Assembly: GCA_963850305.1 (NCBI GenBank)
Contig: CAWKKR010000011.1
Location: forward strand, 320,001 to 384,000
Direction: 5' to 3'
Length of the DNA stretch: 64,000 nt
DNA from: an uncultured delta proteobacterium
GTDB taxonomy: Bacteria > Myxococcota_A > Polyangia > Polyangiales > Polyangiaceae
Notes under the pieces: model-generated
What the model was told of the DNA's origin: nothing
Database searches by the model: none
Seen by the model: only the letters and a program-made list of their open reading frames with translations
Shown here: positions 19,416 to 28,874 of the stretch, piece by piece
Numbering within the stretch: position 1 is the stretch's first letter
How the letters are laid out: the number at the start of each line of letters is the position of its first letter
Program-made: the position numbers and the translations under genes

Positions 19416-19659
19416 CCAGTTGACCCGGGCGCTCCGAGGCCGCTGACCCGCGTGCGGCCAGGCACTGCCGCTGCGTGCGTGCGAAAAGGGGCTTGAAGCT
19501 TGCGCGAGGGCTCCCGGACGTTGTCGCCGTGCGGGCGTCCCTGCGAGTGCCGGGTCGAGCTCGCTCGGTCCGGGTTGCCGCGTGGGAACTTACCGAAAGC
19601 GCGGACGATATGCCATCTGAGTTGACTTATATGGAAAGTCAGCGCCTATTCATGGGGCA

Positions 19660-22600
19660 ATGCGACCTCTCGGACCGCCATCTGAGTTGTCGCCTGGCCG
19701 CTTTCGCTTCAAGATCGACGCGAAGATCGGTCAAGGCGCGAGCGCGACGGTCTTTCGAGCAACGGATGTGGACTCGAACGCTCCGGTGGCGATCAAGGTC
19801 GGGCTCGACGAGAACGAAGCCGCGCGACTTGCGGAGGAGGCCGCACTCATTGCGCTGTCAGACGCCCCGGGCGTGGCATCCGTGGCGGACGCCGGACGCA
19901 TCCCCACCGGCGTGCCCGACATCGAAGCAGGGCGTCCCTACCTGGCTCTCGAGTGGGTGGATGGAGCTCCGCTGAATGCCCGCGCGCTGGAGTCCGCTAG
20001 CCGCGAACGGCGGGCGTTGCGCGTCGCGACCGACATTGGCCGAGCTCTCGCTGCCCTTCACTCCAGCGGCGTCAGCCACGGAGACGTGAAGCCTCCGAAT
20101 GTCGTCGTCGGATACGATGCACGTTCGCGCGCGACGTTGATCGATCTCGGACTTGGAGCTCCGACGCGCGACGCGACCCCCGTGGGGGGCACCTTACGTT
20201 ATCTCGCGCCGGAGAGCTTCGACGCTGCCGGGAGCGATGGGCGGACCCGCGACCTCTGGGCGCTGGGGGTCCTCTTGGCGGAAGTCGGGAGCGCCGACGT
20301 GGCGGAGGCAGCGGATATCCACGCGGCCCTTCCGCTGCGGAAGCTCTCGCCGAATCTCGAGGCCATCGTGGGTCCACTGCTCTCTCAATCTCCCGCGGCG
20401 CGGCCGTCCGCCGAGTGGGTCACGCGCATCGCTCGAGACTTCCTGGGTGAAGAACAAGACGAAGCCGAGCTGCGAGATGAACGAACCCGCGCAGTGCGCC
20501 GAACTTACCTGGCCGTGCGTCGCGCGGAGCTCTTCGAAGCGTCGACGGCCGAGCTGCGAGTCGAGGGAGCGCCAGGTGAATGGCTTGCGTCCGCGGTAGC
20601 GTTGATCGCGAGGCTCGAAGCGCTTCGCGGGAGAGCGCCGTCCCCGCGGCGCGTCGTCCTGCACGATCTGGATTCGCTCGGACGGGCCCGATGGTTGACG
20701 GCACTCGTTGGTTCGACCGCCGCGCACTGGCCGGTCGTCGGAAATGGCTCGGATGCCGAGATCGCCGAGAGGCTCCTTCGCGCGGCCCGGCAGATGGACC
20801 CGAGAAGCATCACCCTCGGGCTACTCGAGACCGGGACGGAACCAGGCGAGACCACGCCCACGGATCCGGTCGCTCTCGCCATCGCGCTCGGACGGCGCGC
20901 CCCGGCGCCAGCGATCCTGGACTCTGCCGAGCGCATCGTCCTGCACGACGGATCACAGCTCGCTCTGGCCCTCGCACTCGGGCGAGCGTTGCGACTTCGT
21001 GGCGAGGTAGGTCGCGCGTTGACCGTGCTCACGCGGGTGGACGCGCCCGAAGCGCGCGCGGAGCTTGCCGAATGCGCGCGACGCGTCGGCGACTACCGGC
21101 GAGCCGAGTCTACCCTCCGTGAGTTGAAGATCATACCGATGACACCTCGGGTGCGGGCGCAGGCCGCAGCCACGGAGGCACGCATCGCGCTGGACGCCGG
21201 GCGACTGGATCTGGCAACATCACTGGTCGATTCCGTTGCGGCTACGCCGGGGGTGCTCGAGGTGACGGCACTGATCGAACTGAAGCGCGGCAACCTCGGC
21301 GGCGCCCGGTTCGCTACCGAGCGAGCACGCGTCGCGGCCGAGACGGACGAGGAGCGTGCCCGTGCCGAGGCGATTGCCGGGAATGTTGCGCACGCGGCCG
21401 GGGACGCGGCTCACGCGCTTGACGCGTTCCGGCTCGCCGTAGATCACGCGACGCGAGCCGGCGCCACACTCGAAGAGGCGACGTACCTTACCGGAGTGGC
21501 CGCGGCCGGCTTCGACGCGGGCTCGCTCGGCGAGGCGCTGGAAGCCGCGACGCGTGCGACGCTCCTTTTCGAACATCTCGGACGCACTGCCGAGGCCGGT
21601 CGCTGCCTGCTTTCCCGCGCGGCCGTCTTCGCGGCCGCAGGCTCGGCAGAGCTTGCACGCGACGCTGCGCGGGAAGCGCTCGCTCGCGCGACGATTGCTG
21701 GCGACACCCGATGTTCCGCCTTCGCATACCTGACGCTCGCAGACGCGGCCGGAGCGGACGCGACGGAGGGCATCGAACACGCTCGTCGCGCAGCGGAGCT
21801 CCTCGCCGGCGGGGATGCGGGAGACGTCCTGCGCGCCGCAGCTCGACGACTATCGTGCGGCGACGATGTTCCGATCACATCCTTCGATCGGATCGCGGAA
21901 GATCCAGAGACCTCGGCACCCGCTCGCCTCGAATGGTGGAGTGCGCGCGCGGACGTCCTGCTGCGAGCACGGTCGGCGGAACGACCGGATCTAGTGCTCG
22001 GCGCGCTCGCGAGACTGGCGGGGGTTCCCGCACCGATGAGCACCAGGGGAGAAGCGTTTTCACGGGCCGCGACGCTCGCCGCTCGCGCGGGCGACGGCGA
22101 CGCGGTGCGGAGATTTGCAATTGCGACCGCCGAGGCGGCCCGCGCGATGCTGCGCGGTGCACCGAGCGAGCTCAGAACGGCCATCTCGGCGCTGCCGTGG
22201 GCAAACAAGATGCTCTCTCCGCGGGAAACCGCGGTCCTGCCGGAACAGATCGCGGACGTCGAGTCGCTCGTGCACGCTCTCGGTGCACGCGATCGGCTTC
22301 GCTCACTGCTCGACCAGATCCTCGACGCCCTCGTGCTCTGGACCGGTGTGGAGCGCGGGCTGCTGCTCCTTCGCGCCCCGGGTGACCGGCTCGTGCCTCG
22401 GGCCGCCCGCAACATCGCGCGAGAGGATCTCTCGGGGACGCAGCTGGCGCTGAGTCGCTCTCTCGCTGAGCGCGCGCTCCGGACGGGAGATCCCGTGGTC
22501 GCCGTCGACGCGACGGGCGAGCTTTCCGAGGTGCACGATAGCGTGCACGCGCTCAAACTCAGGAGCGTGCTCGCGGTGCCGCTCTTCGCTCGCGGTCAGG

Positions 22601-23814
22601 CGCTCGGGGTGGTCTACCTCGATGATCGGATCCGGCGCGGTGCGTTCGGTCCGAGCGAGCTCGCGTGGGTTCGTCTCGTCGCCGCGCTCGCCGCAGTCGC
22701 CATCGCCGATGCTCGGAGAACGCTCGAATTACGCCGCGCCGCGCGCCGTGCACGTCGAGCGGAGGCTCGCGCGAGCATCCTCTTGGCGCAGCGCGAAGCA
22801 GAGCTCGACGTCACCGCGCGCGAGCTCGCGCGCATCCGCGAGGAGCGCGCCACGCGGTATGTCTACGACGACATCATCGGTGAGAGCGAGGTGATGAAGA
22901 ATTTGCTCGCGCTGGTGGACCGGGTCACGCCCACGGAGGTACCAGTTCTCATCGCGGGCGAATCCGGGAGCGGGAAAGAACTCGTGGCCCGGGCGATCCA
23001 CGAGAACGGTCCTCGGAGCGAAGGACCGTTCGTGACGGAAAACTGCGGGGCGATCCCCGAAGGCCTGCTGGAGTCGACGCTCTTCGGACACGTGCGGGGA
23101 GCATTCACCGGAGCGAACCGCCCGCACGCCGGACTGTTCGAGATCGCCAGCGGTGGAACCCTCTTCCTAGACGAGATCGGTGAGATGACTCTCGGCATGC
23201 AAACGAAGCTCCTGCGAGTCCTCGAAGACGGCGAGGTGCGACCCGTGGGATCGGAGCGGACCCGCTCGGTGAACGTCCGCATCATCGCTGCAAGCCACCG
23301 GGACCTCGCGGCGATGATCGACGCGGGTGAGTTCCGGCGGGACTTGTTTTACCGGTTGAACGTGATCCGGGTGGACGTGCCGCCGCTTCGGGCGCGCCCT
23401 CGCGACATCGATCTCCTGGTACGGCATTTCGTCTCCAAGCACGCCGGCAAGCGACGCGTCCGGGTTTCACGCGCGGCCCTCGATGCGCTCTCCTCGTTCG
23501 CGTGGCCAGGCAACGTGCGACAGCTGGAGAACGAAGTCCGTCGAGCCCTGGTCTTGGCGGACGAGACGATCACGCCGGAGCATCTGTCCGAGGAGATCCA
23601 GCGGGCGGGCACCTCGGAGACCGAGCGAAGCGACGGGCTCAACGTGCGTCGAAGGCTGGACGCGCTCGAAGCTGATCTGGTCCGGACGGCGCTCGAGCGA
23701 ACGGCGGGCAACCAAACACGCGCCGCCGAGCTGCTCGGACTTTCGCGTTTCGGACTCCAAAAAATGATCCGGCGGCTCGGAATCGACGTACTCTCTGCGT
23801 CGGGACAAGCTTGA
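19660..23814 (+). CDS. Ser/Thr kinase - TPR-like - GAF - sigma54-dependent activator (AAA+, Fis HTH) fusion
   Basis: Kinase motifs GQGASA, VAIK, HGDVKPPN, DLG, YLAPE; AAA+ motifs GESGSGKE, GAFTGA, LFLDEIG, WPGNVRQL; C-terminal HTH. Confidence 0.92.
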   Translation: MRPLGPPSELSPGRFRFKIDAKIGQGASATVFRATDVDSNAPVAIKVGLDENEAARLAEEAALIALSDAPGVASVADAGRIPTGVPDIEAGRPYLALEWVDGAPLNARALESASRERRALRVATDIGRALAALHSSGVSHGDVKPPNVVVGYDARSRATLIDLGLGAPTRDATPVGGTLRYLAPESFDAAGSDGRTRDLWALGVLLAEVGSADVAEAADIHAALPLRKLSPNLEAIVGPLLSQSPAARPSAEWVTRIARDFLGEEQDEAELRDERTRAVRRTYLAVRRAELFEASTAELRVEGAPGEWLASAVALIARLEALRGRAPSPRRVVLHDLDSLGRARWLTALVGSTAAHWPVVGNGSDAEIAERLLRAARQMDPRSITLGLLETGTEPGETTPTDPVALAIALGRRAPAPAILDSAERIVLHDGSQLALALALGRALRLRGEVGRALTVLTRVDAPEARAELAECARRVGDYRRAESTLRELKIIPMTPRVRAQAAATEARIALDAGRLDLATSLVDSVAATPGVLEVTALIELKRGNLGGARFATERARVAAETDEERARAEAIAGNVAHAAGDAAHALDAFRLAVDHATRAGATLEEATYLTGVAAAGFDAGSLGEALEAATRATLLFEHLGRTAEAGRCLLSRAAVFAAAGSAELARDAAREALARATIAGDTRCSAFAYLTLADAAGADATEGIEHARRAAELLAGGDAGDVLRAAARRLSCGDDVPITSFDRIAEDPETSAPARLEWWSARADVLLRARSAERPDLVLGALARLAGVPAPMSTRGEAFSRAATLAARAGDGDAVRRFAIATAEAARAMLRGAPSELRTAISALPWANKMLSPRETAVLPEQIADVESLVHALGARDRLRSLLDQILDALVLWTGVERGLLLLRAPGDRLVPRAARNIAREDLSGTQLALSRSLAERALRTGDPVVAVDATGELSEVHDSVHALKLRSVLAVPLFARGQALGVVYLDDRIRRGAFGPSELAWVRLVAALAAVAIADARRTLELRRAARRARRAEARASILLAQREAELDVTARELARIREERATRYVYDDIIGESEVMKNLLALVDRVTPTEVPVLIAGESGSGKELVARAIHENGPRSEGPFVTENCGAIPEGLLESTLFGHVRGAFTGANRPHAGLFEIASGGTLFLDEIGEMTLGMQTKLLRVLEDGEVRPVGSERTRSVNVRIIAASHRDLAAMIDAGEFRRDLFYRLNVIRVDVPPLRARPRDIDLLVRHFVSKHAGKRRVRVSRAALDALSSFAWPGNVRQLENEVRRALVLADETITPEHLSEEIQRAGTSETERSDGLNVRRRLDALEADLVRTALERTAGNQTRAAELLGLSRFGLQKMIRRLGIDVLSASGQA

Positions 23815-24686
23815 GCAAATCGTCGCCCCGCGATGCCGATTCACGCGACCGCGCGCCGACGGCGGTAAGACCGGTGCTCAAATGGGCCGGCGGTAAGTCT
23901 CGTTCCTTACCGAGGATCCTCGCCGAGCTGCCGGAGCGGATCGGCACCTTTTACGAGCCCTTCGTCGGAGGCGCCGCCGTGTTCTTCGCGCTGGCCAGCG
24001 AGGGTCGCTTCCGTCGTGCCGTGCTCGGCGACCGAAACGAGGCGTTGATCGACGTGTATCGCGGCGTGAAGAACGATCCCGAAGGCGTAATCCGGATCCT
24101 CAGGGGGTATCGTTATGAAAAGGACGAATACTACCGGATCCGTGCGCTCGATCCGGAGACGCTGGAACCCGAGGCGAGAGCGGCGCGGATCATTTTTCTG
24201 AACAAGACCGGGTACAACGGCCTCTATCGAGTCAACAGCCGCGGTCAGTTCAACGTCCCGTTCGGCCGCTACGACAGGGTGCCAAAATTCTGCGATCCGG
24301 ACAAGATTCGCGGCGCGGCGCGCGTGCTCAAGAACGTGAAGCTCAGGGTCGGCGACTTCGCGACCGTCTGTCACGAGGCGGGTCGCGGGGACGCCGTATA
24401 CTTCGATCCCCCGTACGATCCGATCTCGAAGACCGCGAACTTCACGTCCTATCACAGGGAAGAATTCGGCCGCGTCGAGCACACGCGACTGGCCGATGTC
24501 TTCGGTGGGCTCGCGGCGCGCGGTGTTTCGGTCGTGTTGTCCAATTCGGACACTCCGTTCACGAGATCCCTGTTCAAGAAGTGGACGACGCACAAACTCG
24601 AGGTGACACGGCCCATCAACTCGCGCGCCGCCGCTCGTGGCGCCGTCAGCGAACTCCTCGTCGTCAGCGGTAAGCAATATCGATGA
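23811..24686 (+). CDS. dam: Dam-family (D12 class) DNA adenine methyltransferase
   Basis: 'LKWAGGK', 'EPFVGGAA', 'YNGLYRVN..GQFNVPFG', catalytic DPPY. Confidence 0.9.
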   Translation: MSKSSPRDADSRDRAPTAVRPVLKWAGGKSRSLPRILAELPERIGTFYEPFVGGAAVFFALASEGRFRRAVLGDRNEALIDVYRGVKNDPEGVIRILRGYRYEKDEYYRIRALDPETLEPEARAARIIFLNKTGYNGLYRVNSRGQFNVPFGRYDRVPKFCDPDKIRGAARVLKNVKLRVGDFATVCHEAGRGDAVYFDPPYDPISKTANFTSYHREEFGRVEHTRLADVFGGLAARGVSVVLSNSDTPFTRSLFKKWTTHKLEVTRPINSRAAARGAVSELLVVSGKQYR

Positions 24687-25651
24687 GATGGTCGATGGCG
24701 CTCATCGTTGCCGCCGTTTGCGCGTGCGACCGGGCGGAACCGTCGGCGGGCCCCGTTTTTCACGAGGCAGTGGTTCCAGAGGCCGTCTCGAGTGCGAGCG
24801 GAGCTCTCTTGCCACGAGAGCCACCGCGTTCACTGGTGCTTCGCGGGATGCTGCGCGAAGTGACGTGGCACTACGATCAGACACCGTTCGGTCCCAGCGA
24901 CGTCGTCGTCACCATTCCGGCGGACCTGTCGCCGGGGGAAAAGCTGCCAGTTCTGGTGGCGTTTCATGGACGCGGCGAGTCCCTGAAAGGGCCGGCGCGC
25001 GGCTCGCGCGGGTGGGTCGACGACTACGCGATGGGCACCACCGTCCGGAGGTTGAAGGCCCCGCCGCTCACCTCGGACGATTTTCTCGGGTTCGTCACCA
25101 GCGAAAGACTGACGGCGATCAACCGCGAGCTGGTGGCTCATCCCTACCAGGGCCTCGTGGTCGTGTGCCCCTACCTGCCAGACGGCTTCCGCGGACCGTC
25201 GGGGATCGATCAGGCGCGACTACTCGCCGGCTTCATCACCGAGAAGCTCCTGCCGCGCGCGTATGCGGAGACCCCAGCTGTCGGAACGGCTGCGTCCACA
25301 GGAGTGGACGGAGTAAGCCTCGGCGGACGGGCATCTTTGCTCGTCGGATTTCTACGACCGGAGGCATTTGGCGCAGTTGGCGCCCTCCAGCCGGCAATCG
25401 ACGACGCCGAAGCGGCGAAGTTTGCGGATCTGGCGCGCGCGGCCCATACGAAGAACCCTGCTCTGAAGATTCGCCTTCTCACGAGCGACGGCGATTACTT
25501 TCTCGAACCCACCAAGCTGCTCGCGGGTACTCTCGAGACGGATCGAGTGCCGTACCACCTGGACATCGTGACGGGACCCCACGGTTACGACTTCAACCGC
25601 GGACCCGGCGGGTACGAGATGCTGCTCTTCCACGATCGAGCGCTGCGCTGA
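24683..25651 (+). CDS. Exported alpha/beta hydrolase (esterase-like)
   Basis: Signal/lipoprotein-like N-terminus; 'FHGRG', nucleophile GVSLGG, 'GPHGY'. Confidence 0.8.
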   Translation: MRWSMALIVAAVCACDRAEPSAGPVFHEAVVPEAVSSASGALLPREPPRSLVLRGMLREVTWHYDQTPFGPSDVVVTIPADLSPGEKLPVLVAFHGRGESLKGPARGSRGWVDDYAMGTTVRRLKAPPLTSDDFLGFVTSERLTAINRELVAHPYQGLVVVCPYLPDGFRGPSGIDQARLLAGFITEKLLPRAYAETPAVGTAASTGVDGVSLGGRASLLVGFLRPEAFGAVGALQPAIDDAEAAKFADLARAAHTKNPALKIRLLTSDGDYFLEPTKLLAGTLETDRVPYHLDIVTGPHGYDFNRGPGGYEMLLFHDRALR

Positions 25652-25654
25652 TGC

Positions 25655-26263
25655 TCAAGATGCGTGCTTGACGTCGAATTGAATCACGCGCCCTGGGAGC
25701 TCGCTCACGGTGGTGACGGGAGTGGCGCCGAAGTTCAACACGACGCCCTCGAGCTGGCCGAGCTGGTATTCCCAGCTACCGTAGACGGGACCGAATGAGA
25801 GTCGAATGGTCTGGGCGTCGAGCTCCTGCCCGGTGACGGACCAACCGCCGGGAGCCATCTTCTCGTAGATGAAAGGAGTCTTCAGCAGCGCCGAGCGCGC
25901 ATCCCCCACCGCGGCGAGGATCACCTTGCCGAACGTCGACTCGGCGAAAACGGCAAAGTCGTCGCGCCCGAGATGGCGGAGGCCTTCGCGCAATCCGACG
26001 CCAGGGTAGATCTTGTGGGCGGCCGCGCCCGTGACGCGAACGTAGTCCGCCTGCGGATAGTCGCTGAACGGGACGTACTTTCCGAGGCGCGGCGGCGCCT
26101 GGAGACGGGCCTCGACATCCGCAAACCCGCTCCCGAGTTGACCCAGCACTCGCGAAAAGAACATGCCCTTCACCTGGTACGTCGGCGGGATATTCCGCGC
26201 GGTGGCCTCGATATCGATGGTCCCCTGAAGGACCGCGGTCGGAGTAAGGGTGACACTATTCAC
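25655..26263 (-). CDS. DUF2378 / TIGR02265 family myxobacterial protein
   Basis: 'VKGMFF', 'YVPFSDYP', 'FAESTFGK' are characteristic of this family. Confidence 0.75.
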   Translation of the reverse strand: MNSVTLTPTAVLQGTIDIEATARNIPPTYQVKGMFFSRVLGQLGSGFADVEARLQAPPRLGKYVPFSDYPQADYVRVTGAAAHKIYPGVGLREGLRHLGRDDFAVFAESTFGKVILAAVGDARSALLKTPFIYEKMAPGGWSVTGQELDAQTIRLSFGPVYGSWEYQLGQLEGVVLNFGATPVTTVSELPGRVIQFDVKHAS

Positions 26264-26361
26264 GCAAAGCGTATCTTTGCCGGCGACGACGAGCGTTTGG
26301 AAGCCCCTCGACGAGCCGAGGACGTTTACGGCCGCGAAACGATTGATTTAGGGTTGAAGCC

Positions 26362-28128
26362 GTGACCCGCGAACAGATATCCGAGGAGGTCGAGAAGCTC
26401 GCGGGGACCTGGGCGACCGGCGATCAAGCCGACCGGGCCCTTCGTGCACGGTGTCGTGAGCATCTGGAGCGACTCCGGAACGTCTATCGCGCGCAACCCG
26501 CCGCGTTCGGGACCGATGAAGTCGTGATGCTTCGTCGAGTCGCGGACGCACTCAAGGGACCGACCCCGTCGCGACCTGTTGCAGATTCCGTACGCGCCGA
26601 GCTCAAGGCGACCTTCGGCTACGACACGTTCCGCCCCGGGCAAGAATCCATCGTCGAAGCCGTGCTCACAGGAAGGGACTGCATCGGCGTCATGCCGACC
26701 GGGGCGGGCAAGTCGCTCACCTATCAGCTACCCGCTCGCGTCCTAGGTGGCACCACACTGGTCGTGTCGCCCCTCATCGCCTTGATGAAGGACCAGGTCG
26801 ATGCGATGGGTGAAATCGGCATCCGCGCGACGTTCCTCAATTCTTCATTGGAGCCGAACGAACGAACGCGACGCATCGAAGAACTTCGATCCGGCGCGTA
26901 CGAGCTCGTGTACGCGGCGCCCGAGGGACTCGAAGGGGCTGTCGGCGCTGCGCTCCGCCGTGTGAAGCTCTCGCTCATCGCGGTGGATGAGGCGCATTGC
27001 ATCAGCCAGTGGGGGCATGATTTTCGTCCCGCTTACCGGAATCTGTCCGGACTTCGTCGCAAGTTCGGGAACGTGCCCATCCTCGCGCTCACCGCGACCG
27101 CGACGCCGGAAGTGATGCGGGACATCGTCGAGCAACTCGGAATGACGGAGCCGGCCAAGTATCGCGGTTCGTTCTTCCGCTCCAACCTGCGCATCCACGC
27201 GTACAAGAAAGGCGCGGAGCGCGGGCTCAACGTGCGCGAGTCCATCTTGCGTCTCGTGCGGGGCCGACGTCACGAGAGCGGCATCGTTTACTGCTTATCG
27301 AGAAAGTCGGTCGAGGGCATAGCGGAATTCCTCGCTCACAACGGCATCGCTGCGCGCGCGTACCACGCCGGTATGGCACCGGAGGAACGGGCGAGCGCGC
27401 AAGACGCGTTCCGGCGTGACGACGTCGCGGTCATCGTCGCCACCGTCGCCTTTGGAATGGGCATCGACAAGTCGAATATCCGTTACGTCATCCATCGCGA
27501 CATGCCCCGCTCCGTGGAAGGCTATTATCAGGAGATCGGACGGGCGGGACGGGACGGCGTCGCAAGTGACTGCGTGCTCTTTTACTCGTACGCGGACGTC
27601 ATGAGTTACGACAGGTTCTCGGGTGACGCGGAAGACGGGATCGCCGAACGTCAGCGGCGACAGGTTCGGGAAATGTTCTCGATGATGGACGCGCGCGAGT
27701 GCCGGCATCAGGCCATCGTCGGGTACCTGGGAGAAACGATCGCGCCGTGCCTGCATTCTTGCGACGTGTGCACGGGGGTCGACGTCGTCGCAGAGGCTCC
27801 GCGCGTGGCGGCCAAATCCAGACGGAGCCGTGCGGCGTCGCGGAGCGAGTCGGCACGCGAACCCTCGCTCGATGGCGACTACACGGAAGGCACGTCGACC
27901 CAAATCCGCGGCAATCTATTCGAACGGCTGCGGGAGCTCCGGAAGACGCTCGCTGACGCGCGCAACGTCCCCGCGTACGTCGTATTCAGTGACGCAACGC
28001 TCCTCGAAATGGCCGCAACGAAGCCGACGACGGAAGCCGCTCTGCTCGACGTGTCCGGAGTGGGACCGAAGAAGCTCGAGACGTACGGGGAGACGTTCCT
28101 TGCGCTGATCCGCGCCTTCGACGGCTGA
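26362..28128 (+). CDS. recQ: ATP-dependent DNA helicase RecQ
   Basis: 'MPTGAGKS', 'DEAHCISQWGHDFRP', 'YQEIGRAGRDG', Zn-binding Cys cluster, C-terminal HRDC. Confidence 0.95.
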   Translation: MTREQISEEVEKLAGTWATGDQADRALRARCREHLERLRNVYRAQPAAFGTDEVVMLRRVADALKGPTPSRPVADSVRAELKATFGYDTFRPGQESIVEAVLTGRDCIGVMPTGAGKSLTYQLPARVLGGTTLVVSPLIALMKDQVDAMGEIGIRATFLNSSLEPNERTRRIEELRSGAYELVYAAPEGLEGAVGAALRRVKLSLIAVDEAHCISQWGHDFRPAYRNLSGLRRKFGNVPILALTATATPEVMRDIVEQLGMTEPAKYRGSFFRSNLRIHAYKKGAERGLNVRESILRLVRGRRHESGIVYCLSRKSVEGIAEFLAHNGIAARAYHAGMAPEERASAQDAFRRDDVAVIVATVAFGMGIDKSNIRYVIHRDMPRSVEGYYQEIGRAGRDGVASDCVLFYSYADVMSYDRFSGDAEDGIAERQRRQVREMFSMMDARECRHQAIVGYLGETIAPCLHSCDVCTGVDVVAEAPRVAAKSRRSRAASRSESAREPSLDGDYTEGTSTQIRGNLFERLRELRKTLADARNVPAYVVFSDATLLEMAATKPTTEAALLDVSGVGPKKLETYGETFLALIRAFDG

Positions 28129-28170
28129 GAATGCACCGACACTCCGGCGCGTCGGCCGGAGCGGCTCGTG

Positions 28171-28186
28171 GGGCACGAAGTTTGCT
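28171..28186 (+). promoter_or_regulatory. Sigma54 (-24/-12) promoter
   Basis: GGGCACGAAGTTTGCT matches GGCACG-N4-TTGC with exact GG-N10-GC spacing, upstream of the CBS gene. Confidence 0.7.
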
Positions 28187-28218
28187 CCCATCGATCGGTC
28201 AAGCGAAGGGGAGCCCAT

Positions 28219-28746
28219 TTGAACCGAGACCGATACGTCGTTGACATCATGACACCGAACCCCGTGATCATCGGCACTGATGCCCTCGCATGGACGGCGG
28301 ACTGCCTCGCGGAACAGCGAGATGTTCATCATTTGATCGTGATGGAACACTACGAGCTCGTCGGCGAAGTCTGTCGTTGCGACCTGCGGTCCGTGAAAGG
28401 AGGAATGCGCGTGGGAGATTGCATGCGGTCGCCTCCCATCACCGTCGAAGATCAGGAGACGACGCGCGACGCGGTCGGGCGCATGGCGCAATGCGGCGTC
28501 GGGTGTCTTCCCGTGGTCGATTGGATGGGTGCCCTTCACGGCGTGGTCACGAGACGGGATTTGCGGCGGGTCGGTGCTTTGCCCGAGCGCCAATCCCGCG
28601 CGTGCGCCGCATGTGGTTCGTCGCACGGCATCGGTCCAGCGGGAGGGGATGAGGAGATCGTCTTTTGCAGCCGGTGCACCGAACTCATGCACCCACCCCG
28701 GACGACCGTGGACCATATTTATTGGGCGCTGGGCGGCAGCGACTGA
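28219..28746 (+). CDS. CBS-pair protein with C-terminal CxxC...CxxC putative zinc ribbon
   Basis: Two CBS repeats (IMTPNPV, CMRSPPITV..GCLPVVD..GVVTRRD), CAAC and CSRC; start uncertain (TTG ~28219 or ATG 28249). Confidence 0.8.
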   Translation: MNRDRYVVDIMTPNPVIIGTDALAWTADCLAEQRDVHHLIVMEHYELVGEVCRCDLRSVKGGMRVGDCMRSPPITVEDQETTRDAVGRMAQCGVGCLPVVDWMGALHGVVTRRDLRRVGALPERQSRACAACGSSHGIGPAGGDEEIVFCSRCTELMHPPRTTVDHIYWALGGSD

Positions 28747-28874
28747 AGCTTTTCGCCACAGTGAGCGCCCCCTTGTCGTCGAAAACGACTCTTCGAGAAC
28801 TTTTTCCAGCCCCGGGCGTCCAATGCCTCTGAGCCTCGACGAGCCACGGAGCGGTCGAGAGCCGGAGGTCACAC

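Noticed and set aside
19416..19659. ncRNA or tRNA in the intergenic gap
   Set aside because: No cloverleaf, SRP, 6S or tmRNA hallmark recognised
23811..24686. Type II restriction-modification system
   Set aside because: Neighbours are a regulator and an alpha/beta hydrolase; no endonuclease motif seen
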